Below are positions 42,177-54,329 of a stretch of 64,000 bases of DNA, in pieces. Under the pieces are notes generated by a model that saw nothing but the letters and a program-made list of their open reading frames with translations, searched no databases and was not told the origin of the DNA. Source of the DNA: Stegostoma tigrinum (taxonomy: Eukaryota). Position 1 is the first letter of the stretch. Each line of letters starts with the position of its first letter. Both the position numbers and the translations under genes were made by a program. The DNA is taken from NCBI RefSeq assembly GCF_030684315.1, contig NC_081397.1, positions 11,928,421 to 11,992,420 of the forward strand, read 5' to 3'.

Positions 42177-42610
42177 TGTGTTTGTGTGTCCGCTCATATC
42201 ATGAGATTTCCCAGTCTGTCTTGAGCAAATTAAAAAGATTTTCGATTCAACTTATCCCCCTGCTCCCTCACTAAACCCCAAAGCTAGAATTCAAGGCAAC
42301 GTGTTTGTTGCTTTCTAGATTTCAGCCCAAAAGTGATGATAATGCCAGCGCTCAGCTCAGAGAGAGCGATCAGTGCAGCAGCAAAATGCGTTTAACTCGA
42401 CAACGGAGCCGTCAATTCGAGAGAAAACGCTTCGGCCGCAAACCTTCCCGAGTCAGGGTCAGGAACGATCGAGCCTGGCTCTCTGGAGATGCGGAATTGC
42501 AGAGGAATTGGAGAGTTTCTGCCGAGAGAGAAACACAGACAGGCAGCAGGAGCAGGGAGCTGAGGGCAGGTTGTCTCCGCGCCGTCCGCTCGCTGCCTTT
42601 AAGTTGCTCA
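42177..42610 (+). promoter_or_regulatory. Histone H1 promoter (TG-box and H1/AC-box)
   Basis: TGTGTTT at 42177-42183 and AAACACA at 42531-42537 (354 bp apart); weak TATA-like TTTAAG at ~42598. Confidence 0.75.
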
Positions 42611-42683
42611 GTGCCGCCACCAGCAGCTTCATTGCTGACCCAGTTCAGTTTGACAGAGAGAGATTCAGCGCAGAGTTCCCGAC

Positions 42684-43307
42684 ATGAGCGACAGTGCAGC
42701 CGCCGAAACGGCTCCTCCAGCCTCCGCCAGCACCAAACCCAAGTCTCCCAAGAAGAAGAAGGCGACAGCTCCCAGGAAGAAACCAGCCGGTCCCGGGTTG
42801 GGCGAGCGGATTGTGAAGATTGTCGGGGAGAACAGCGATCGGAAGGGAACGTCTCTGGTCGCTATAAAGAAGGCGCTGCAGAGAAGCGGGGTCAATGTGG
42901 AGAAGCAAAATGCACAGATCAGGATGGCTGCCAAGAGGTGCCTGGCGAAAGGCTCCCTGGTTCTGGTGAAGGGCCAGGGCGTCTCCGGCTCCTTCAAACT
43001 CGCAAAGAATCCAGTCAAGACAAAAGTGGGAAAGAAGGCGAGACCAGCAGCAGCCGCCAAGAAAGCAGCCGTGAAGAAAACAACGAGCAAGAAGGTGGCA
43101 GCGAAGAAAGCGACAGGCAAGAAAGCGGGCGGCAAGAAGGCAGCAACGCCGAAGAAACCGGCGAAGAAAGCAACGCCGAAGAAAAAGACTCCCGTGAAGA
43201 AAGTGAAAAAGACCAAGAGCCCCAAGGCCGCAAAGCCGGCCCCGAAATCGGCGAAGGCAAAGGCCAAGCCCAAAGCGAAAGTGACCAAGAAAGCAGCAAA
43301 GAAATGA
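42684..43307 (+). CDS. H1: Histone H1 (replication-dependent type), 207 aa
   Basis: Intronless; AETAP N-terminus, globular domain ending KGQGVSGSFKL, K/A/P-rich tail with S/TPKK motifs; 3' stem-loop. Confidence 0.97.
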   Translation: MSDSAAAETAPPASASTKPKSPKKKKATAPRKKPAGPGLGERIVKIVGENSDRKGTSLVAIKKALQRSGVNVEKQNAQIRMAAKRCLAKGSLVLVKGQGVSGSFKLAKNPVKTKVGKKARPAAAAKKAAVKKTTSKKVAAKKATGKKAGGKKAATPKKPAKKATPKKKTPVKKVKKTKSPKAAKPAPKSAKAKAKPKAKVTKKAAKK

Positions 43308-43343
43308 TGCAGTCGGTGTAACATGTAACAACCTGAACCCAAA

Positions 43344-43383
43344 GGCTCTTCTCAGAGCCACCACATCTTTCAGGAGAGAGCTG
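43344..43383 (+). terminator. Histone 3' stem-loop and HDE (H1)
   Basis: GGCTCTTCTCAGAGCC at 43344-43359, preceded by CCCAAA; purine-rich AGGAGAGAGCTG downstream. Confidence 0.95.
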
Positions 43384-44390
43384 AGCCCGGATCAAATGAT
43401 CCCTGTCCTAGCTCCGAGTGCAGGAATAATTTAGACACTGATTTATGTGAATAACCGTTCCGTATTTACCTATCGGATTTACACTCAGCCCCTCTTCCAT
43501 ACTCTACAATATGTGAGTGTGAGGTCCTGCTCACATAGACCATAGGCTCTAGTGCTTTGTCAGTTCATGTCAGTCTGCTTGTCACACATGCAGGGAGAGA
43601 GTCTCAAAGAGTCAAACACAGGCTCTGAAACCCCTCTTCACCACACAATCCTCAAGAAATGATTTTGTCTCATTCAGCTGGGGGAATAGAAACTGACGTA
43701 GAAATGGAAGAAACCGTGTTGTCTTGTTAAGAAAGGCCTGATCATGGGCGTTTAATTGTATCACAACTGCTTTGAAAAAAAGTCCCTGTTTTTATCTGCT
43801 TCGAACATGAAGCTCGAGATCGCAGTTCTTTTGCCGAAAATTGTGTTCACTGCATTGTGGAGAATAGTTTTATTTACAGATCCAGTTGGGGGCTGGAGTT
43901 AGCATATATTGCTGTATTTGTATTTCATTAACCGTTACAGGAATGATATTTCTTTCAGTTTTGATTCTGGGACAACTGTGAAAGTTTTAATTTACTTTCC
44001 ATCAGCCTGTTGCAGGAAGCAACGCCAAATTATCTTGGGACTAATTATAACCTAGGCGAAAGGTAGAAATGCCGCTAAATTGAGTTTGTGTAACTTTATT
44101 CGTTACACTGTGTTGCACCATATTAGCTTTTAAAATGCTTTATTCGGCGGTATTTAGATGCATTAACGGCAGTTATACGTTCCGTTCATCATGTTTGTCC
44201 GGCTGTATTACACGCCCTCCCCCTTTCCTCACGCCTGTTACAGACAGATGAGGCAGTCCTGTCGTCCTGTCTCCGCTGATGTAGAGTTTATTCAAAAAAC
44301 TTAGTTTGCAAAGTACACGATTTGATCGGAGGCGGACTTTATTATCCTTTTAAATATTTACTTTAAACTCAGGATCGCGAGGGTAAAATC

Positions 44391-44560
44391 GGCGGGCTTT
44401 TTGAAAGAGGCCAACTGTCATTTCAAGTTAACCAATCAGCCTCCAAAAAATATTATTCGGCCTTTTCTGTCCCTTCCGGAGCTGTTTCTCAGGGGATTGA
44501 GGGACGGGACTGTATCCAATCCCAGCTCTAGGGCGGGCTCTCCATTCCCTTAAATAGGCA
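44391..44560 (+). promoter_or_regulatory. H3 promoter
   Basis: GGCGG-N4-TTTGAA (44391-44405), CCAAT at 44432 and 44516, GGGCGG at 44531, TTAAATA at 44550. Confidence 0.8.
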
Positions 44561-44584
44561 GCGCAGCAGCGGCGTCGGCATTGA

Positions 44585-45025
<441 letters not shown>

Positions 45026-45069
45026 ACGGAGCGTGCCCGGCCCTGCACATTCACCCCGAGAAACGCAAC

Positions 45070-45108
45070 GGCTCTTTTCAGAGCCACTAAACTGTCCCGA
45101 GAGAGCAG
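45070..45108 (+). terminator. Histone 3' stem-loop and HDE (H3)
   Basis: GGCTCTTTTCAGAGCC at 45070-45085; GAGAGAGC downstream. Confidence 0.95.
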
Positions 45109-45408
45109 CAATCGATTGGCAATGTTGGTTACTTTATTATGCGCCCAGTTTTTTTCTGCTGTTGTATTGTGTCGTTTCGTCTGTTATTAAACAATTTCAA
45201 TCTGGCCGAGAAGTGGATTTGTCACGTTAATTAGAAGACAAAACGGACATTGCTGTGGGGAAGATATAAATTGATGGCAGTACATAATTGAAGCCTCCCA
45301 GTGTGCTGGAGATTTGAGTGACAGGAAAGCACCTCCCTGCCTATGCATCCCTTGGTGTTACCCCACTCGAACTGAACACGGCTGGGAAGTTGGGCGGGAG
45401 AAATAATT

Positions 45409-45460
45409 GGCGCCAAATCATCAACCGCTTTTATTTCAAATCTGAAAAGCCCGCCAATAT
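45409..45460 (-). promoter_or_regulatory. Orphan copy of the H2A upstream E2F/CHR module
   Basis: Near-identical to 51176-51226 but with no adjacent histone ORF in that orientation. Confidence 0.6.
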
Positions 45461-45530
45461 GTAGGGGGTTCAGACCAGACATCACACTTTCCCTCAGGCC
45501 CCAGCCTGTTTCGGTTGATGCTTGTCGCAG

Positions 45531-45765
45531 CAAAACCAGAAGTTGCTGAAACAGCTCAGCAGGTCTGGCAACATCTCTGAAGAAGAAAAAAAAATCAGAG
45601 CTAAGTTTTCGGGTCCCGTGAGCTTTCCTCAGAACTGCAAGGGTGGCCGGAGCTGAAACGTCAACTCTGGATTTTATTTTCTTCACGACTGCCAGACCTG
45701 TTGAGCTTTTTCAGCTACTTCTGGTCTTGTTCCTGATTTATAGCATCAGCTGTTCTTTCCATGTT
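45531..45765. mobile_element. Short fold-back PLE-derived element
   Basis: Inverted arms ~45531-45630 and ~45640-45730; CUGAGGA...CCCGAAA core on the minus strand. Confidence 0.7.
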
Positions 45766-45849
45766 CTTCGGAGGATCGATCAGGCTCGAAAGGCCATTTC
45801 CTGCTGTGTCGAGATTCCACGAAAGTTCATCCCTGTCAATGTATCAATG

Positions 45850-46945
45850 GGGCACCAATGGAGAATGAGTTGCTGTTCCTGAAACCTATGGGTGACATCA
45901 CTATGGCATTGCAGGAGGCCCAGGTTGGACATGTCGTCTGAGGAATGGGAGTGGGAGTTAAAATAGTTCATGAGTGGGAGGTGAACTCTGACACTTCCAC
46001 CATCTACAATCCGACCCCACCACAAGACATTTTTTCCATCCCCACTCTGATCTACCTTTCGGAGAGACCACTCTGTCTGCGACTCCCTTGTCCACTCCAC
46101 ACTCCCCTCCACCCCCACCACGCCTGGCACTTTCACCTGCCACTGCAGGAAGTGCTCCACTTGCCCCCCACCCCTCCTCCCTCAACTACATCCCAGGCCC
46201 CAAGATGATCCACATCTAGCAGATGTTCACCTGCACATCTGCCAATGTGTTATTCTGTATCCACTGTACCCGTTGTGGCTCCCTCTACATTGGGGAAACC
46301 AAGTGGAGGCTTAGGGACAGCTTTGCAGAACACCTACACTCGGTTTGCTATAAACAACTGCACCTCCCAGTCGTGAACCATTTTAACTCACCCTCCCACT
46401 TCTTAGGCAAATGTCCCTCCTGGGCCTCCTGCAGTGCAATAATGATGCCACTCGAAGGTTGCAGGAACAGCAACTCATGTTCCACTTGGGAACCCTGCAG
46501 CCTAGTGCTATCGATTTCACCAGCTTCAAAATCTCCCCTCTCCCCACTGCATCCCAAAACCAGCCCAGCTCGCCCCCACCCTGTCTCCCTAACCCTTTCT
46601 TCCTCTCACCTATCCCCTCCTCCCACCCACATCTCCATTTCTTACCTACTGACCTTATCTCCCCCCCTTGACCTGTCCATCCTCCCCAGGCTGATCTATC
46701 CCCTCTCTAACTCCTCACCTATACTTGCTACTCCACCTATCTTCTCCTTCATCCATCTTCAGTCTGCCTCCCACTCTCTCCCTATTTATTTCAGAATTGC
46801 CTCCCCAGCCCCCATTTTCTGATGAAGGGGCTAGGCCCAAAACATCAGCTTTTGTGCTCCTAAGATGCTGCTTGGCCTGCTGTGTTCATCCAGCCCCACA
46901 CTTTGTTATCTCAGATTCTCCAGCATCTGCAGTTCCCATTTTCTC
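45850..46945 (+). mobile_element. Penelope-like element 3' part with short inverted 5' piece
   Basis: FCIHCTRCGSLYIGETKWRL (GIY-YIG); pseudo-LTR with CTGATGA core at 46819-46848. Confidence 0.88.
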
Positions 46946-47999
46946 TGACTGAAATAGATGGTAATTGCTTTGTTTGCCAGGGGTGAAGCACATGATCCAT
47001 ACCCCACTAAGGCTTGTCACCCTGGAAATGGAGTCAAAAAAAGCAACTTGAGCAAATGGAAGTGGCTGAACAATGAGTTACTGGAGTTTATTATGTTCTC
47101 TCTCCCTTTTAGGTGTGACTCCACACTCCCATCACTGATATTGACTTATATATAATGGCTCTATGGCAATTACAGGTGGTTTAGCCGAGCCAGTGATGCT
47201 CATAATCTGATGAACAAATTCAAACCGCTTTAACCTCTGTATTTATAATAAATGTAACATGCATGCAGGCTTCAGGGCTTTGATGATTAGGGTTGAATAT
47301 GTTTCTAGTGCTGACACCTGCTCACAAGCTACTGGAGGCATGAGGGGTTGACAGTAAATATGCCAGTTTCCCACATTTTGAACAAATGGGTGAAGGTAAA
47401 TTCAGCAATGTGTCTTGTTTTTAAGGACGTGCTCTTTTCATATAATTGAGGCAGAGACAGATGTTCAACGTGAAATGATTGCCTTTTAAAACTGCTTGGA
47501 AAGAATGTGTGAATTGACAATATCTTGGCCACACACCTTCTCTTCACAAAAAGAAAAATCAGTTGTGAAACTGGAACCTGATCAGAAGTTGCCGTTTTTG
47601 TTTTTATTTCATGATATTTGAACACGTACAATTTAGCTGCATTAACCACCACTGAACTGAAACCTCCAACTGGCCCATTATCACATTATCACATCTTGTA
47701 CAAAACTTCTTTCAGGGGGCACTGGGGTGGCTTTTTCAGCCTTTTGAAAATAAGGTTGTATCTTGTTTAACTTCTGTTTCAACATTTGTTGCTGATGGTA
47801 TCCTTCGGAAAATTTGGCCAGTATATTGAGAACAGTAGTTGGGAGGACAAGTTGCAGCTTTACAGGACATGGATTAGAACACTTGGAATAATGCATTCAA
47901 TTCTGGTCTCTCTGCTACAGGAATTTAGTTAGATTTATTGTGACATGTTCCTAAATAGTGAATGGTTTTGTTGGCGAGCAGTATAGCCAGATCATAGTC

Positions 48000-49830
48000 A
48001 GTAAGCACATACAGGTCATAATGTGAAAAATGGAAATGATAAGGCATACAAGTTACACTCCACAGGATGTATGCAGGCAAGATCAACACTTTTGAAATTT
48101 AAGATTCCATTCGTCAGTCTGACAATGACAGGGAAGAATCTGTTCTTGAACCTGCTGGTGTGGGTGTTCGAGCTTCTGTATCTTCTGCCTGATGCAAGAG
48201 GTTGTAGGAGGGCACCACTGGGGTTGGATGGATTTTGATGTCTCAGGCTTTGCACAGCAATGAGAGCCCATGGTTGGGAAGTTGGGTGCCGTGACGGTGT
48301 GGGGTGTGAACACAACCTTCCATAGTTGCTCGTGGAACAGGACAGAGCAGGTTCCATATCAGGCCTTGATGAACCCAGACAGTATGCTTTCTATGGTGCA
48401 TGAGTAACATGCCAAATACATGAGCAGCCTCAGGAAGACGAGGCCTTTTTGTGCCTTCATTACCATTGCATCTATGTGGGAAGTCCCATGAAGGTTGTTG
48501 GTTATTGTAACTCTTGGGAAATTGACACTCTCAGCACCCTGCTCTGTTGATGGACCTGAGGGTGTGTTCTGCTCTTTTCCTTCTGAAACCAATTATAAGT
48601 TCTTTTGTTTTGTGACCATTCAGTTTTCTTTTTATAATTGCACCACGTCACCAAACCCTCCATCTCCTTCCTGTCATCTGAATCATCATTATTTATTATC
48701 CATCCCATCATAGTGTTGTCAACAGCAAACTTATAGGTGGCATTCATTCAGAATTTGACAACAATAGTGAGTATACAAGGAGTACAGTAGGGACCTGAGA
48801 ATGCATTCTTGAGGGTTGCAGTGTTTGAATGTCCTCGCAGAGGAGATTCAGTTGCCTATCTTCTTGATTTGTGGTCTGTGTTTCAGGAAGCTGAGGAGTC
48901 AGTTGCACAGGGAGGAGCCAAGCCTGAGGTGTTAGTTTTGAGTTCCGTCTTGCAGGGATAATGGTGTTGAAGACTGAGCTGTAGTTGATGAGCAGAAGCC
49001 TGATTGTAGGTGGCCTTGTTGCCCAGATGTTCCAGGGATGATTGCAGGGCTGGGAAAAGGGCATCTGCTGTGGGCCTGTTGCATTAGTGGGAAAATTGCA
49101 AGGGATTGAGGCAGGCTGAAAGTCGAGAGTTCAAGTGGGCCATGACCAGCATCTCTGAGCACTTCATGATTTTGGATGCCAGAGCCACTGGGCAGTACAG
49201 ATGAAGTCATATTGCATGTAGATTTTAGGACTGGGATAATGGTGGTCTTCTCAAGCAGGTGCAGAGTACAGCTTGTCAGAGGGAGACAAAGATGTCAGAG
49301 AGTACCTCCCCACAGGAATTACATGCAGAGTTGGTGCTTCAGTCCAGGTCTGTTACTTTCCTTGGGTGTTCTCACCAGGAAGACGGATCTGACAACTGCA
49401 GTGACCGATAGAACAGGTGCGTTGAGGCCTGGCGGGGCAGTGGACACCACGCTGCTGGCATTCTGTGTCAACCAAGCATAGACAGCATCAGGGTGGGAAC
49501 TGTCTTTGTCCACGATCTTGCTTTGCTCAGTTTGGTTGGTTGGGGCCACTAAACTGTTCCAGTCCTGCCCCTTGGTATCTTTGATGGATTTGCTGAAGCC
49601 TTCTCCGCTGAATTTTCTGAAACAGCCCTGGTCGTCCCCTTTTGATGCTGCACTCCTGGTCTGCCGTAGGGAATGGATTAGACAGTTCATCCAAGGTTTC
49701 AAGATGATGAACAGCCAGATTGACGAGAAGCTTTTGTTTTTAACTTTAAGCTTAAACATTCATAAAAGATTTGTAAGGGGCTCAGCTTCAGGGAGAAGCT
49801 GTACAGGCCAGGGCTACTTCTCCCAGGATA
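48000..49830 (-). mobile_element. Degenerate Rex1/Babar-clade LINE
   Basis: IRLLLINYSSVFNTIIP, YKFAVDNT (KFADDT), CTIESILSG, TSRFKNRFFP. Confidence 0.75.
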
Positions 49831-49834
49831 AAAG

Positions 49835-50065
49835 GTAGGCTGGTGGGTGGCCTTCGTGTCTTTGAGGATTTCCTCTAGGTGCTCTGGTTTCCTCCATAGT
49901 CCAAAGATGTGCACTTTATGTGGCATGGCTATGCTATGGGCCCAGTGTGTCCAGAGAAAGACAGAGTGACAGGGATATGGAAGGGCACTTTGTGAGAGAT
50001 GCTCTTCAGAGGGTCAGTCGGGCCTCGATGGGCCGAATGGCCTGCTTCCACACTGTGAGGACTCG
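49835..50065 (+). mobile_element. Degenerate HE1/V-SINE
   Basis: TTTCCTCTAGGTGCTCTGGTTTCCTCC...TCCAAAGATGTGC and GATGGGCCGAATGGCCTGCTTCCACACTG tail. Confidence 0.75.
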
Positions 50066-50506
50066 ATAATATCAAAGGCAGGAAAATGAGCTGCACCTGA
50101 GATTAATGCGCAGAGGGTCAGCGGCCGTTCATTATCAGAAGCAAATGACCCTGCAACGTGCTGTCCCGGGTCACTTTCGCTTTCTCTAATGCGATGAAGG
50201 GAGATGTGAAATTGGCAGTGAACAACAAGCAGTGGGACTGGAAAACGTATTTGCAAAACGATTATTCTGTTCTCCAATTATGTCATACATTGTAATTTAT
50301 AATAAGCTCATCATAACTTCTTCCTGATCATCGGCTGCCAGCTCTGAATGGAAATATTACCGAAATCAGGAGCAGCAGGATGGATTTCATTTTCTATCGA
50401 ACTGTGACAACTACAGGATCAATGAATGATGTGATTGAAATTTGACGTTGCGAAGTTCCAGGCTCTGTATATTTAAAATTAAATCAATCGAACAAAAACG
50501 AGGTCT

Positions 50507-50548
50507 GAGACTCTTTCACTGATGTTGTGGGTGGCTCTTAAAAGAGCC
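50507..50548 (-). terminator. Histone 3' stem-loop and HDE (H2A)
   Basis: Minus strand GGCTCTTTTAAGAGCC (50533-50548), then ACCCA and GAAAGAG. Confidence 0.95.
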
Positions 50549-50578
50549 TTTGGATTGTCAAGTTACAGAACGGTCTCT

Positions 50579-51226
<648 letters not shown>

Positions 51227-51719
51227 TTAACGAAAACTCGGACGTTGAACAGAACAGAATGCGCGAATACATTTACTTTTAGATTATGAATGTATATTTG
51301 ACTTCATCTCCCTTTCCCGCATTCCCGAACCGAGTGGAATGTCCATTTCTGACCTTGAATCGGATTTTCAAAAACTTAAATGCAAGCGGCAAAAAGGGGC
51401 CGAAATCTGCACTCTGCACCTGCATATTCATTTCACATTTCAAAAACACCTCGATATGTTAATAAACCAAACGATAACTTTTTTTTCCCTGAAAGAGAGC
51501 ATTAATCGTGCGCACCATCTTTAGACACTATTTTAAATTGCCTGTTCCGTCAAGACCCTTTACTTTTTGTTTCCTCGAAAGGTTTGACGTCCTTCTTCAA
51601 ATCTCCAATATATCGAGGCCCAAACTATTCGTACATTCCTCAGACACCTGCCAGCGTGTCTTGGTATCAGTTTTACTCGGAGTACCTTGGTCACAGACGA
51701 GTGCTGACGTGCTGTGACC

Positions 51720-52640
51720 AGTGCTTTTTGCTTTCTGTTGATTTGACAAATTTTACTCTCTCTCCCACTTCGGCTCTCCAATCAGTGTCACTATCAGTTT
51801 CTGCTGCAAGATATGAGTGTAGTTATCCATGTAGCCTGTCAATTTCTGCAATGTCAATATGTCTGTTTAGTTATCCATTTATATTTCTCATTTTCTGCTC
51901 CGTGAGAGTGTGTGTGTGAGAGTGTGTATGTGTGTAGTTACCAATACATAGGTGTCAGATACTGCACTGTTGATATGCATATAGTTATCAAAGTGTACCT
52001 GTCAGTTCAAGCTGTATGACATTGGGAGGGTTATTACCAAGCTGTTCCTGTCCATTTCTGCTTCATGGATACGTGAAGTTCATGATCAGTACGTACCTAT
52101 GAGAATCTGCTTGTGAAAATTGGAGTGTAGTTACATTGAACATTACAGCACAGTACAGGCCCTTCAGCCCTCAATAGTATGCCAACCTGTCATACCGATC
52201 TGAAGTCCATCTAACCTACACTATTCCATGTATGTCCACATGCTAATCCAATGACAACTTAAATGTACCTAAAGTTGGTGAATCTACTGCCATTATCACA
52301 CCGCACCTAAAAAAAACTGTTAAGTCTGTGGATATTTAAATGCATTTATAAAATTGGACCTGTGAAGTTATGCTGTGAAACTGGAGTGTTAGCAACAGAG
52401 AAGAACGGATTGTTGATATGCTGTGGATATATAAGCGTAGTTATCATTTGGGTACATGTAGTTTGATATGTGAGCATAAATATTAATTTGTACATATCAT
52501 TTTTCAAATGTGAATTTGAGAATGGTATAGCAAACTTTTTTTCCATATATGAGAGAGTGTCAACCTGTTTTTTGCCTGTTTCTACAGGGTGAATGATTGA
52601 GCAGAGGAATCAACACATGCTTGTCAGTTTCTATTTGACA
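51720..52640. repeat. 49-bp repeat array interrupted by a CR1 3' tail (52134-52290, minus)
   Basis: Same monomer; the CR1 tail matches 27460-27615. Confidence 0.8.
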
Positions 52641-52824
52641 ACACGGCTGAACTTTGGCAGCCAGTAATATTCTCTGTGACGATGCAATTTGTTATGTGGT
52701 AGCTGTTATCAGAGTCATTTAATGCAGATTATATTCAGTTTGAGTGTGTATTTTGGACAAGTATTCAGTCTGTCCATCTTCAAAAACGGTGTAAATGTCA
52801 ATGGGCTGTGAATGCAGAAATGTG

Positions 52825-53665
52825 ATGTTGTTGACTTGGTCAGTGAGCTGTCATGTTTTTGTTCGGACGTTTTGCCACCATGCTAGGTGACATCATCAGT
52901 GGAGCCTCTGCTGATGCAATGTGATTCTCCTCTGCTTGGAATTTGCACTGTCAGGTCTGTTATGCTGAGTACTGTCATTTCAGTTTTGATCTATATGGGT
53001 TTATACATGGGGTCCAATTCTATGTTTGTGTGGAGAACAATGTCTCTAGGAATTCCTTAACATGTCTATGTTTGGCTTAGGCTGCTATGGTTATCTTACA
53101 CAACAAAAATAAAAGGTGCTGGAAAAAGCTCAGGTCAGGCAGCATCGGTGAAGGGAAAAACAGAGAGTTAGCCTTGCGGGTCCAGTAACCTTTCCTCAGA
53201 ACCAGTTACTGCTGAGCTGCAGAGCTTGTCCAGCAAGTCTGTCTTTTGTTCCTGATTTACAGCATCCACAGTTCTTTCTTTTTAATATGGTAACTTTGCC
53301 CCATTTCAACTGATGGCCTTGGTTGTCTGAATGTATCACATATTCAGACAATAAAGGCCATCAGGTTAACATGGGACAAAGTAACCATGGTAGCCCAAGC
53401 CAAACACAGACACACAGCAATTCCGAGAGGCATGGTTTTCCATGCATACTTCAATCAACAAGATTATAGAATCGGACCCCAAAAATGAAAACTCAGACAG
53501 ATCAAAACCAGAAGTGATAGTAGTCACCATAATGGACCATACAGTATAAATTCCACAGGGCGTGGAATAACATTGACTCATTGGAGGCTCCACTGATGAT
53601 ACCACTGAGCATGGTGATGAAATATATGAAGAAAAGCAAGCCAGCTCAACATTATCCGCTATCCG
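52825..53665. mobile_element. Fold-back PLE 3' end with nested short element (~53095-53286)
   Basis: Inverted symmetry centred ~53338; hammerhead-like cores at 52866-52899 (-) and 53593-53626 (+). Confidence 0.72.
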
Positions 53666-53872
53666 AGCTGCAGATCTCGCAAAACACTTGAAATGCTGAA
53701 ATTTGTTCGAACTGGGCAGGTGTGCATTGTGAATGGTGGAAAAAAACAAAACTTCTATTTCCTCTGTGTTGTTGGAACAAATCTCACTGGAAATTGACCT
53801 CAATGTGTGTCTGACTCAATCTGGTCTGTGACTGTGGAAAGGATGCTCTCTGCTCTGACAGCGGTAACATAC

Positions 53873-53980
53873 CTTCCGTTTGTTAGAAGCAGCTGGTCAC
53901 ACTTGGCTTTGTGCCGAGGGAATATTACTTTCTCTTAGTCCCTCACGTATTTGCCTGGAGGAAGACAGAAGAAAACCCTC
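53873..53980 (-). other. 108-nt exon-like block, copy C
   Basis: Acceptor GACTTGCAG|G, donor AAG|GTATGT; one CAA>TAA stop in the homologous frame. Confidence 0.5.
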
Positions 53981-54329
53981 CTGCAAGTCAACATCAGCCA
54001 AGTTCAGTGATATTTCATTATTGGATGCAATGTTCAGTTAATAATCATTACAATATTTAATTTCAAGCCAGGAATCTGAACAGAATTAGGTGTTTGATTC
54101 CACTCTTGATCTGAGCTGCTTCTTTGTCTTGTGATTTTTCTTTTTGTTAATTCCATCCCAATTGAGTGAAGTCCAGAAACAAACTAAGTGTCCAGATCCA
54201 TGAATGGGACTACACAATGTGAGTGGGTCTGTGGATATGAGTTTATTTGTTGATCTATTCATGTCTCACACATTGGTGAGCCTTTGTTAAATTACTTATG
54301 TATTCACACAGCAGAGACTGACGGGGACC

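Noticed and set aside
42305-43395. Long alternative-frame and antisense ORFs over H1 (338, 239, 225 aa; likewise 62481-63337)
   Set aside because: Shadow ORFs caused by AAG/GCN-rich H1 codon usage; presence in both copies reflects recent duplication.
51688-51720. Small hairpin TGGTCACAG...CTGTGACCA
   Set aside because: A single 9-bp stem is expected by chance in 64 kb; no RNA-gene context.
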